Virus record (IMG/VR): IMGVR_UViG_3300048598_000523
Location: 1-40,938 of that record
Direction: 5' to 3' (one strand)
Source of the DNA: a virus
Lineage: Duplodnaviria; Caudoviricetes
Length of the DNA stretch: 40,938 nucleotides
Shown here: piece after piece, positions 18,302 through 26,263 of the stretch
Position numbering within the stretch: the first letter of the stretch is position 1
Layout: every line of letters starts with the position of its first letter
Translations under genes and position numbers: made by a program
Notes under the pieces: model-generated
Database searches by the model: none
What the model saw: the letters and a program-made list of their open reading frames with translations, nothing else
Told to the model about the DNA's origin: nothing

Positions 18302-18604
18302 TCAGGCCGCGGGCTTCTCAGCGGCGAGCTCGAGCGCAGCGATAATGTCGGCCTTGCGGGTCAGGCCTGCGATATCGACCTTGCGCTCCTCCGCCAGTGT
18401 CTTGAGTTCATCGACGGTCTTGGCCAGCAATTCACTCGCAGCATCCTGTGCCGCAGCGGATGCCGCCTCTTCGGCAGTTGGCAAGCGTGCGCCGCCGATC
18501 TTGATCTGGCGCTCAGCTTCTTCGTCATCGAAGTCATGCATATCGCCGGGCTTCAACTCCTGACCCTTGGCGGTCGTGTGGTACGCTTTCATGATAACGC
18601 GCAT
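18302..18604 (-). CDS. Small protein with C-terminal HeH/Rho-N-like domain
   Basis: KTVDELKTLAEERKVDIAGLTRKADIIAALE; follows the capsid gene. Confidence 0.75.
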   Translation of the reverse strand: MRVIMKAYHTTAKGQELKPGDMHDFDDEEAERQIKIGGARLPTAEEAASAAAQDAASELLAKTVDELKTLAEERKVDIAGLTRKADIIAALELAAEKPAA

Positions 18605-18632
18605 CCGCGCTTTCCTTTTCTGAAAGAGAGAT

Positions 18633-18657
18633 CGGCGTCGGAATTATCCCGACGCCG
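18633..18657 (-). terminator. Stem-loop after the capsid gene (partial terminator or mRNA stabiliser)
   Basis: CGGCGTCGG-7 nt-CCGACGCCG, followed on the minus strand by pyrimidine-rich ATCTCTCTTTC. Confidence 0.55.
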
Positions 18658-18687
18658 CACCATTCGGATTTTTGGGAATAGAGCCGA

Positions 18688-19935
18688 TCAGCTCGCCCCG
18701 TTGACGAACAGCTTCACGGCTCCGCCGACGTCGATCAGGTTCCCGCCCGAACGGAGCCAACCGAGGAAGCCGACCTGGCCGAGTTTGGTGTAAGCGGAGT
18801 CCGTGAAGCGGAACATGGTCACATCCATCACGTCGCGGATCGTGTACTCGTTGAGCTTGCCGTAGGCGATCGACTTGGCACTGGCAGCCATGACGGCCAT
18901 GTCCTGATTGACCTGAATGGCATCGCCCAACAGCGTGTCAGGAATCTTGCCAGCCTTGCCACCGGTCGGAATCGCAAAATCCCAGCCAGGCACGAAGATC
19001 GGCCGCGACTGTCCGTCCTTGATCTTGCGGATCACCTTGACGCTCGAGTCGTGCATCATCCACTTGCATTCGCCGGTCTCGCGATAAGCGGGATCAACCG
19101 AATGCTGTACGTCGATCAGACTGTCATACAGAACCGCAGTAACCTGCGAAGTGCCGTTCGCTGCGGTCACGCCAGTGGCGGCAGCAGTGATGATGCCGTT
19201 CGGCTCGCTGGAGCCGTCGCCGGCGCCGACCGTGAACTTCGTATTCGTGATACGGCCCAGACGCGTGGTGGCACGCTTGATCACGAAACCCTCGACATCG
19301 ACTTCAGAGTCCTGAAGCAATTCGAACGGGACCGCGATGATCTTCGACGAGAACTTGTAGACGTTCAGCGGAACCATACCGAACGAAGGGTCCGAAGCGG
19401 TTGCTGTCGTATTCTGGCCGATGATTTCTCCGGTTTCGGACGTGCCGTCCGAAGTCGGGTAATTGATGGGATTGCCCTGTCCTGTCTGGATCACAGTCGC
19501 AACCGCACGCATGCCGCCGAAAGCCTTCAGGGCATCGAGGATCGTCTTCTGGACTTCAGTCTGGACGGTGTAACCGCCCTGGCTGTTCGTGGTCGTGGAC
19601 ATGGTCGCACGGATCTTGGACCAGTCCTCGGCAGAGAGTTGATCGGGATTGCGGACCCAGCGAGCAAACAAAGTGGAGGCTTCGGACTTCTTGTCGTGCC
19701 CCACACGCAGCCCGGCGTCGACGACCAGATCGCGCTGAAGGTTGTCCGCAGCAGCCTGAATCAACCGCTCTTGACGCTTGATGTTGGCCTGAATATCGAC
19801 AAGCTGCTGATCGAGCTTATCCCATTCCGGGCCATCGACGTCCTTCTTCCACTTATCGGCGGGCTTATCCGCCATTGCCTGCATCGCGGCCACGATGGTC
19901 GCGCCCTGCGCTCTCAATTCCTGAAGTGAAGCCAT
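18688..19935 (-). CDS. Major capsid protein, HK97 fold
   Basis: Start MASLQELR (19935) with AAAGGA RBS; coiled-coil delta domain, GGYTV, ELLQDS, IRKIKDGQSRPIF. Confidence 0.95.
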   Translation of the reverse strand: MASLQELRAQGATIVAAMQAMADKPADKWKKDVDGPEWDKLDQQLVDIQANIKRQERLIQAAADNLQRDLVVDAGLRVGHDKKSEASTLFARWVRNPDQLSAEDWSKIRATMSTTTNSQGGYTVQTEVQKTILDALKAFGGMRAVATVIQTGQGNPINYPTSDGTSETGEIIGQNTTATASDPSFGMVPLNVYKFSSKIIAVPFELLQDSEVDVEGFVIKRATTRLGRITNTKFTVGAGDGSSEPNGIITAAATGVTAANGTSQVTAVLYDSLIDVQHSVDPAYRETGECKWMMHDSSVKVIRKIKDGQSRPIFVPGWDFAIPTGGKAGKIPDTLLGDAIQVNQDMAVMAASAKSIAYGKLNEYTIRDVMDVTMFRFTDSAYTKLGQVGFLGWLRSGGNLIDVGGAVKLFVNGAS

Positions 19936-20014
19936 CTTCTGTCCTTTCATGACATGGCTAGAGACCGCCTTGACCGGGATGGCCTTGGCGCTTGTCCTGC
20001 TCGGCGCGGCGCGC

Positions 20015-20785
20015 TTAGGCAGTTCGGCTGAGGAGGTGCGCCCGACGAAGACGCTGATCCCGCTCGAATTCGGCGGTCGCCTTTGCGGCCGCATTGTCGT
20101 TGTATGGGGTCTCGATCAATGACGCAGGCGCTGGAGCCTTAGCATATGCCGACACATCCCAACGGGCGCGTGCCTGCTTCGCGGACTTCTCCTTCTCGGC
20201 CGCGACCTCGTCAGCGAGACCGGCGTCGATGGCCTCCTGCGGCGTGAACCAAGTCTCGGCCCTCAGCATCTCCGCAAACTCGGCATCGGTCTTCTTGCCG
20301 GCGGAGCGGGACGTGTAAGCCTCGACCATCTGCCCATCGATCTTTTCCAGCACGGAAGCCATGGCGAGCAGATCGTCAGCGTTCCCCACTCCGAACGTCC
20401 ATGACTTGTGGATCATCATCATGGAGCCGGGCGACATAATCACCCGATCACCTGCAATCGCGACAATCGAGGCAATCGATGCAGCGTAGCCGTCGACCTG
20501 GACAACGATCTCCCCGTCGTATTCCCGCATGTGCTGCGCGAGCGCTACACCCGCGAACACATCACCGCCCGGTGAATTGATCCGCATCAGCACCGGCCCG
20601 GACATCGCTTTCAGGGCTCTCACCACAGCGGTCACCGAAACGCCGCCAAACCACTCAGCATCGATCTCGCTTGAGACGATGACATCGTAAATCTCGATCA
20701 CATTGCCTGCCGCGGTCGACTCGGCGCGAAAAGAGCCCTTCTTCCGATTGGCCGCAAACAGGTTGAGCAGACGGCGGTCCATCAT
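20015..20785 (-). CDS. ClpP-like head maturation protease
   Basis: RINSPGGDVF, VDGYAASIAS, MMIH and AETWFTPQEAIDAGLADE motifs. Confidence 0.95.
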   Translation of the reverse strand: MMDRRLLNLFAANRKKGSFRAESTAAGNVIEIYDVIVSSEIDAEWFGGVSVTAVVRALKAMSGPVLMRINSPGGDVFAGVALAQHMREYDGEIVVQVDGYAASIASIVAIAGDRVIMSPGSMMMIHKSWTFGVGNADDLLAMASVLEKIDGQMVEAYTSRSAGKKTDAEFAEMLRAETWFTPQEAIDAGLADEVAAEKEKSAKQARARWDVSAYAKAPAPASLIETPYNDNAAAKATAEFERDQRLRRAHLLSRTA

Positions 20786-22119
20786 GATGCAGATTCCTCT
20801 TTGGCCGGATCGGTTGACGCGGCAGGTTTCGCGGGCGCGGCGCCGACGTTGACGCCGAGTTCATCGGCCGCGCCGCCCTTCTTCGGGTAACGCAGTCGCG
20901 CACGCGCTTCGTCGGGAGTGATGATCCGCGGCTCGCCGGCGCGGCCGACCGCTACGCGCAGGCTTTCGTAGAGCGTCTTCATGTCGGCCTGTTCGAGGTC
21001 CGACGTATCGAAGCACGTCACACGCGCGCGCGTGCGGAACAGCTTACGGTCCAGCTCCCGCTCAAACTTGTTGAGATATGGGCGCAACGTGTAACGCACG
21101 AAGCCGATTGACATGGCCTCAACGCCCGAGCCCCAGCTCGTCGTCTTTTCGTTATGGCCGATCATGAACGGCGGGACGCCGTAGGCTCGCGCGATTTCTT
21201 CGACCTGAAACTGCCGCTGCCCCAGCAACTGCATATCGCTTGCTGATATCTGCAGGCTGGTCATCTTCAGACCTGAATGCAGCAGCATCGGCCGATGCGC
21301 GTTCTCGACCGAGCGATGACGCTCGTCAATCAGAGTTTGAAGTTCGTTGATCTTCGGCAGGCCGAGGTTCTGATCCGTTGAAAGCGCGTAATCCGGGCGC
21401 GCCCCGTTCGTGAAGAATCGGCCCGCATACTCCTGCGACGCCAAAGCAACACCGCCGGCATTACGAAGTGCGTAGCGCAGCGGCGTCTGCCCGCGCAGGC
21501 CATCGAAGCCGAAACCAGGAATGTGCAAGATATCGTCCTGGTCATAAACTCGGGTTTCGCCGATCGTCTGACCGTTCGATAACATCTCCGGCGCGACTGA
21601 ATAAAACAGCCTTCCGGTCTGCCGCACCACGCCATTCAGCACACGTCGGGGATGCACTGGCTCAAGGCCGATCGGCTTATAGCTCGGATCGCGCTTGATG
21701 ACGGCGAGCGCGTCCCCTTCCGCCAAAATCGACCGGGCCAGATATTCCCAGCCGATCGGCGCAGGCCATCTCGGCGACATTTCCTCGTTCAGGACCCAGA
21801 GCAGTTGATCATCGTAGATCCTCGTTCGCTCACCCGTCGCCAGCGCGACATTCATCATGTGGACTGGCAGCGTCTGAATAGCACCCGCAATCAACGCCCA
21901 GCACGCATGAATCGCAGTGACCGTCGCGGCCGATTGTTCGGTAAGCGGCGGCAGGCCGTTGGCCGGACCAAACAGGTCGGACCACGCCTGCGACCCGCGA
22001 ACGTATTCCGTGATTGGCACTTGACCGGAGTTTTTCGGCGGTTCGAAGTTCTCCGGCACAACAACTGCGCGCGAAGCCGAGCCGCTGAACAGACTGCCGA
22101 TATCGGAAAGCAGGCTCAT
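20782..22119 (-). CDS. Portal protein (HK97 family)
   Basis: DILHIPGFGFDGLRG, FFTNGARP and EEIARAYGVPPFMIG motifs. Confidence 0.96.
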   Translation of the reverse strand: MSLLSDIGSLFSGSASRAVVVPENFEPPKNSGQVPITEYVRGSQAWSDLFGPANGLPPLTEQSAATVTAIHACWALIAGAIQTLPVHMMNVALATGERTRIYDDQLLWVLNEEMSPRWPAPIGWEYLARSILAEGDALAVIKRDPSYKPIGLEPVHPRRVLNGVVRQTGRLFYSVAPEMLSNGQTIGETRVYDQDDILHIPGFGFDGLRGQTPLRYALRNAGGVALASQEYAGRFFTNGARPDYALSTDQNLGLPKINELQTLIDERHRSVENAHRPMLLHSGLKMTSLQISASDMQLLGQRQFQVEEIARAYGVPPFMIGHNEKTTSWGSGVEAMSIGFVRYTLRPYLNKFERELDRKLFRTRARVTCFDTSDLEQADMKTLYESLRVAVGRAGEPRIITPDEARARLRYPKKGGAADELGVNVGAAPAKPAASTDPAKEESAS

Positions 22120-23879
22120 AAAAGCACGAGTCCCGGTTGTGGTGCCTCGGGAGCCATCGCAAGAGCTTCCGTCATAACGGCTGCAACGATGCCGTCGATG
22201 GAATCTTCCGATCGCTTTTTCGCGGGCACGTAATTCATGTTTTCATCAAACCGGACGTTGCAGTGCCCGATCATCCAACGCGTAACCGGATGGCCGCCGT
22301 GGTCCATTTCGCCGCCGAACACCTTCCGCTCGAATTCCTTGGTGCCCTGCCCGAGCGACTTTGTGCCGAAGCGCATTTCGACGAACATGTCTTCAGGCAA
22401 GTTCGCCTTGACCAGGCGATTATAGAATTCGAGGGCGTTCCAACTGTCCCAACCAATCTTCGTCACGCGGAAGTCAGAACAATTCTGAAGCGCAGCCTCA
22501 ACTGCATAATCGATTTCGAAGACGCCACCCGGTATCTGTGTCAGCGCGCCGGCTGCTTCCCATGCATCGAATGGCGTTTGCTCGGCCGCAACGCGCTTCT
22601 CAATGGTTTCGCTCGGCAGCCAGAAGTCCCACAAAAATTTTGTGCGCTCTCCCGGCGACACCGGCGGAAATCGCAGGCACATGCTCGCAAGGTCGAAACT
22701 CTTGGTAGAGTCGAAACTGAGGATGCATTCACGCCCCTTCAATTCCTCGCGCATCCGCTTCCACGCCTCGGCGTCAGGTGTCGCAGCGTCCCACTTCTTC
22801 AGCGATATCCAGCGCGACAGGCTCTCAACCCACTGGTTGAGATGGTAGCGACGAAACGCTGCTTCACCTGCTGGCGTCACAGCCTTCGCGACTTCACCCT
22901 GCAGGAACGCCATCGTCGGCGACAAGCCGATCGACGGGTTCGCCGCACGCCACGATTTCGGGTCGCGCCAGTCCGCGTCTTCGTCGGCAGCAAAGATCAC
23001 AACTAGCGTGGTCGGATCATCGATCCGACCATCGAGGATCTTCTGGCTTTCCTCCCAGAGCTTCCAACCGGTCTTCTGCGACTTCAGACCGGCTGTCGAC
23101 GCATACAGCCTGATCGGCTGAAGCGACGTGCCCTCACCCTGCCGAAGGGTGTCGGCCAGTTCGGTCGACACCCATTCGTGCATTTCGTCGCCGACCGTAA
23201 CAAACGGCGCGCGACCGTGCTTGCCTTTGGCCTTGCCAGGCATCAGCCGGAAGGGAGAGCGCAGCTCAGGATTCCAGAGCTGCTTCGCGAAGACCTTGAT
23301 CGCCTCGCCGGTCGACGGTGTTCTGAACACCGAAGGCGCATAGGCGATCATATCGCCCATCTTGTCGAAGACTTCGCGCGCCTGATTCTCATCGTGAGCG
23401 AAGCAAAAGCCCGCACCGCGACGCTGTCCCTCAATCGCCCAGAACAACAGCGCGAGCGCCGCTAGGAATTCCGATTTGCCGTTTTTGCGCGGCACCCACA
23501 GCCGCAGCTCGCGGAAGAGCCGAACGTGAACCTGTGTCGGCTTATGCGTTTCAGGATCGATGACTTCGATCGGAGCTTTCCAGCCGACCAAAAGCCGAAC
23601 GATAATTTCCTGCCAGACCGAAAGCCGGAACGGAATGCCCGCGAAGCGGCCAACCGTCAGCTTGAACCACTTCGGCCAACGCTCAATGACCGCATCAGCC
23701 TTTGCAGCATCGAACCAAGCACCGGGGACACGGGCCGCGCGCTGCCAGGCTGTCCGCGCCCACGCATAGCCCAGTTCGTCGGCCGCGTGGGTGATCCACT
23801 CCGGCTCAGGATAGAGTTGTTCGCCAGCAACGGCCGCAATGGCGATGGCCGACGTATCCGTCTGCGGAGGCGACTGCAT
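22116..23879 (-). CDS. terL: Terminase large subunit
   Basis: Walker A VPRKNGKS, Walker B VGDEMH, coupling motif STAG, WRAANPSIG, IDGIVA. Confidence 0.97.
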   Translation of the reverse strand: MQSPPQTDTSAIAIAAVAGEQLYPEPEWITHAADELGYAWARTAWQRAARVPGAWFDAAKADAVIERWPKWFKLTVGRFAGIPFRLSVWQEIIVRLLVGWKAPIEVIDPETHKPTQVHVRLFRELRLWVPRKNGKSEFLAALALLFWAIEGQRRGAGFCFAHDENQAREVFDKMGDMIAYAPSVFRTPSTGEAIKVFAKQLWNPELRSPFRLMPGKAKGKHGRAPFVTVGDEMHEWVSTELADTLRQGEGTSLQPIRLYASTAGLKSQKTGWKLWEESQKILDGRIDDPTTLVVIFAADEDADWRDPKSWRAANPSIGLSPTMAFLQGEVAKAVTPAGEAAFRRYHLNQWVESLSRWISLKKWDAATPDAEAWKRMREELKGRECILSFDSTKSFDLASMCLRFPPVSPGERTKFLWDFWLPSETIEKRVAAEQTPFDAWEAAGALTQIPGGVFEIDYAVEAALQNCSDFRVTKIGWDSWNALEFYNRLVKANLPEDMFVEMRFGTKSLGQGTKEFERKVFGGEMDHGGHPVTRWMIGHCNVRFDENMNYVPAKKRSEDSIDGIVAAVMTEALAMAPEAPQPGLVLL

Positions 23880-23885
23880 ACACCA

Positions 23886-24542
23886 TCAGTTCGGTTTCGC
23901 GCCCGGCGGCAGGGAGTCGAAATTCGATAACGAACCGATTGCTGATGATCCCTCTGCCGGCGCTGCTGGCGGCACATCGACCGCCGGCGCGTCGGTTTGA
24001 CCGGCGGCTGGCGACTCGGCGCGCACGCGCCCGAACAACGTCTCGTCATCAAACCGCATTGCGCCGTCGCGCAGCAGCTTGTTTCGATCGGCAGGGGTGA
24101 GGCCGAACTTGCTGGAAAGTTCGAGGATCATCTTGGACGCAAAGTCACGCCGCGCAACCGATGGATTCTCTCGCGGCATCCGATCGCCGGACACGGTTTT
24201 GACCATCACGGAATAGCCCTTTGCGAGCACATCTTCGTTCGCAATGACGAATTCCGCCGCATAGATGCAAAACAACGCGAATGTGTGCCGATCCAGCTTG
24301 GCCAGCAGGTGGAGTTGGTCCAGCCGCGGCGCGTACTCAGACCAGACGGCCAGCGCGGCAGCCATGCGCGGATCAGAGAGATATGCCGGCGGTGACCCGG
24401 ACGTCTCACTGCTATCGCGCGGCAAAGCCAGCAACTGAGCGTACCGCTCCGCCTCTGCGATCGCCTTCTCGGTTTTTGTCTTCCGCTTGTTCGGGTAGCC
24501 CATGGCCGCCTGATCGAGCGGATCGCTTCGCTTTCGACCCAT
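23886..24542 (-). CDS. terS: Terminase small subunit (P27 family)
   Basis: PPAYL...W...ENP...FGLTPADR; directly upstream of terL. Confidence 0.92.
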   Translation of the reverse strand: MGRKRSDPLDQAAMGYPNKRKTKTEKAIAEAERYAQLLALPRDSSETSGSPPAYLSDPRMAAALAVWSEYAPRLDQLHLLAKLDRHTFALFCIYAAEFVIANEDVLAKGYSVMVKTVSGDRMPRENPSVARRDFASKMILELSSKFGLTPADRNKLLRDGAMRFDDETLFGRVRAESPAAGQTDAPAVDVPPAAPAEGSSAIGSLSNFDSLPPGAKPN

Positions 24543-24544
24543 GC

Positions 24545-24640
24545 AGCCTCAAAAAAAATATTTTCCGGAATTTTGCGGCAAAAAACGCTGTTCTAACCTG
24601 CCGGTCCGGACCCTTCGGTTTCAAACTTTCGACCACCCCC
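24545..24640. other. Probable cos packaging region
   Basis: Between HNH and terS; minus-strand GGGGGTGGTCGAAAGT...CCGGACCGG followed by A/T tracts, as in HK97-like cos phages; cut site not determined. Confidence 0.55.
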
Positions 24641-25042
24641 CTACTGTGGGAGTAGCGACAGACTGAGACGGACAGCGACCGCACTGTTCAGCCACAGATC
24701 AGCGACAGAGAGCTTGCCCTGTGCGAACATCGCTTCGAGCTGTTGCTTCACGACGCTGTGGTGCCAAGTGCATGCAGGCTGCCATAGCGCGCTGTTCCAG
24801 AACTTCGCCATGTCGCCCTTGTGAGGTTCCACATGGTCAGTGACATCCGTGGCAGCAACCCTACCGATGGCCTCGCATCCAAGACAAACCGGATGGCTCA
24901 GCTTGAACCCTGCCGATGCCCGGTCCCAGCGGTGACCGTAGCCACGTTGCCGAGCAGTCCCACGCCGTAAGTCAAATGCCTTATCCCGCTCAGCGGTGCT
25001 TTGCGATCGACGCGGACTAAACACCTTCGGCTTGGATGGCAT
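24641..25042 (-). CDS. Terminase-associated HNH endonuclease (gp74-like)
   Basis: Start MPSKPK; RGYGHRW, HPVCLGC, VTDHVEPHKGD and WQPACTWHHS motifs. Confidence 0.9.
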   Translation of the reverse strand: MPSKPKVFSPRRSQSTAERDKAFDLRRGTARQRGYGHRWDRASAGFKLSHPVCLGCEAIGRVAATDVTDHVEPHKGDMAKFWNSALWQPACTWHHSVVKQQLEAMFAQGKLSVADLWLNSAVAVRLSLSLLPQ

Positions 25043-25135
25043 TGTGACCCCAACGCAGGTGGCGGGTTTGCATCGCCACCTGCGCATCGGAGGCTCACCC
25101 TGTGAGGCGACGAAGGCTAATTCTACACCTCACAA

Positions 25136-25168
25136 TAAGGAAACGCCGCGCTCTTTCGAACGCGGCGT
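25136..25168 (-). terminator. Intrinsic terminator 2 of the late leader
   Basis: Minus strand ACGCCGCG-TTC-GAAA-GAG-CGCGGCGT (GNRA loop, one U-G pair) followed by TTCCTTATT. Confidence 0.7.
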
Positions 25169-25237
25169 GTTGCCCTCCTAAGCAGATGAGATGGCTTACA
25201 TCGCTATCACTCCAGCAGGTTTGATGAACCTGTACCC

Positions 25238-25270
25238 AAAACAAGAAAGCCCCGCACAACGGCGGGGCTT
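25238..25270 (-). terminator. Intrinsic terminator 1 of the late leader
   Basis: AAGCCCCGC-6 nt-GCGGGGCTT followed by TCTTGTTTT. Confidence 0.75.
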
Positions 25271-25324
25271 GTGTCCTATGCAGCAGCAGCCCAGGTGGTC
25301 ATGGGGTGGCTGCAGGGGTGGCTG

Positions 25325-25930
25325 TTAGAGCTTTTCGATTTGCGAGAGAGCCAAAGCAACCGGCGTTGGCCTTCCGAAGATGTCGACGAGTATTTCCAGA
25401 CGTACTGATTCGTCAATATCGTCGAGCGTCGCATTTTCCCAATCCACACCATCGAGGCGAGGGATCATCGAGACCATCCCGGGAAACGACGCAAACGGGC
25501 CATCGTTAACACGCACACGCGAACCTATCGGAAATGGAAACTCAGTGAGCTTAATCGACGCCGGCACAGCACCGTCGACCTCGCGTCTCTGCAGTCGGTC
25601 GATCAGGTCCCATGAAACTGATGCCGGCAGCCCGTTTGCACAAACTAGCCCGCGGATATGTGCAATCTTGAAGACCTCGCGCCAGCGCTCTCCCGCCTCC
25701 GCGAATGTCACAAACGCGTAGCCGGGAAACAACGGTGCAATCTTTTCCCGGACAGGACGAAGCGCCGAGGTCCGCTGTTTCCGCGACAGCTTCTTTCGCG
25801 GCACGAGTTGCATGCTGCGCATCAGCGGCCGATAGAGCAGAACACCAACCCTCTTCAGGAAATCGACCGTCACGCTGTCGAGCCCGTCGCTGACCTGCAC
25901 AAGGTGCCAATCCCGAAACCGATCTTCCAT
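25325..25930 (-). CDS. NusG/RfaH-family transcription antiterminator
   Basis: NGN domain (WHLVQV...PLFPGYAFV) and KOW domain (GSRVRVNDGPFASFPG...VDIFGRPTPV); at the lambda Q position. Confidence 0.92.
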   Translation of the reverse strand: MEDRFRDWHLVQVSDGLDSVTVDFLKRVGVLLYRPLMRSMQLVPRKKLSRKQRTSALRPVREKIAPLFPGYAFVTFAEAGERWREVFKIAHIRGLVCANGLPASVSWDLIDRLQRREVDGAVPASIKLTEFPFPIGSRVRVNDGPFASFPGMVSMIPRLDGVDWENATLDDIDESVRLEILVDIFGRPTPVALALSQIEKL

Positions 25931-26004
25931 CTTGCATCTCCAACAATCGATATCCCCTCGACATGTTGGTCAGTCTCAAATGTTCCGATCCGGAACATTT
26001 AACC

Positions 26005-26263
26005 GGGAGGATCGACGGGAGGTTGTCTCAAACCTCATATCCATCCACCCAGCCTAGAAACCCTTATGGAAAGGGCATTACTTAAATCACTTGGGAAATT
26101 GGGAGGATTGGGAGCTTATTTCTAAGGTTGTCCCGTGTGCGCGCGCACGCGCACGTGATGCATATAGAAAAAAGCTCCCGAATCGCCCACATCCTCCCAA
26201 ACGCAGAAACATCAAACAGTTACGTCACCCGCCAATCGTCCCGAAATGGGAGGATGGGAGGAT
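26005..26263. repeat. Putative replication origin with GGGAGGAT-type iterons
   Basis: About 11 GGGAGGAT-like copies in both orientations around a central alternating purine-pyrimidine tract, directly downstream of the helicase gene. Confidence 0.65.

Noticed and set aside
19936-20094. Extended N-termini given by the ORF track (capsid and several other genes)
   Set aside because: They overlap upstream genes; downstream ATGs with RBS or stop-start coupling fit better
25981-25997. LexA box (GTTC-N7-GAAC)
   Set aside because: Half-sites are inverted, whereas the alphaproteobacterial box is a direct repeat
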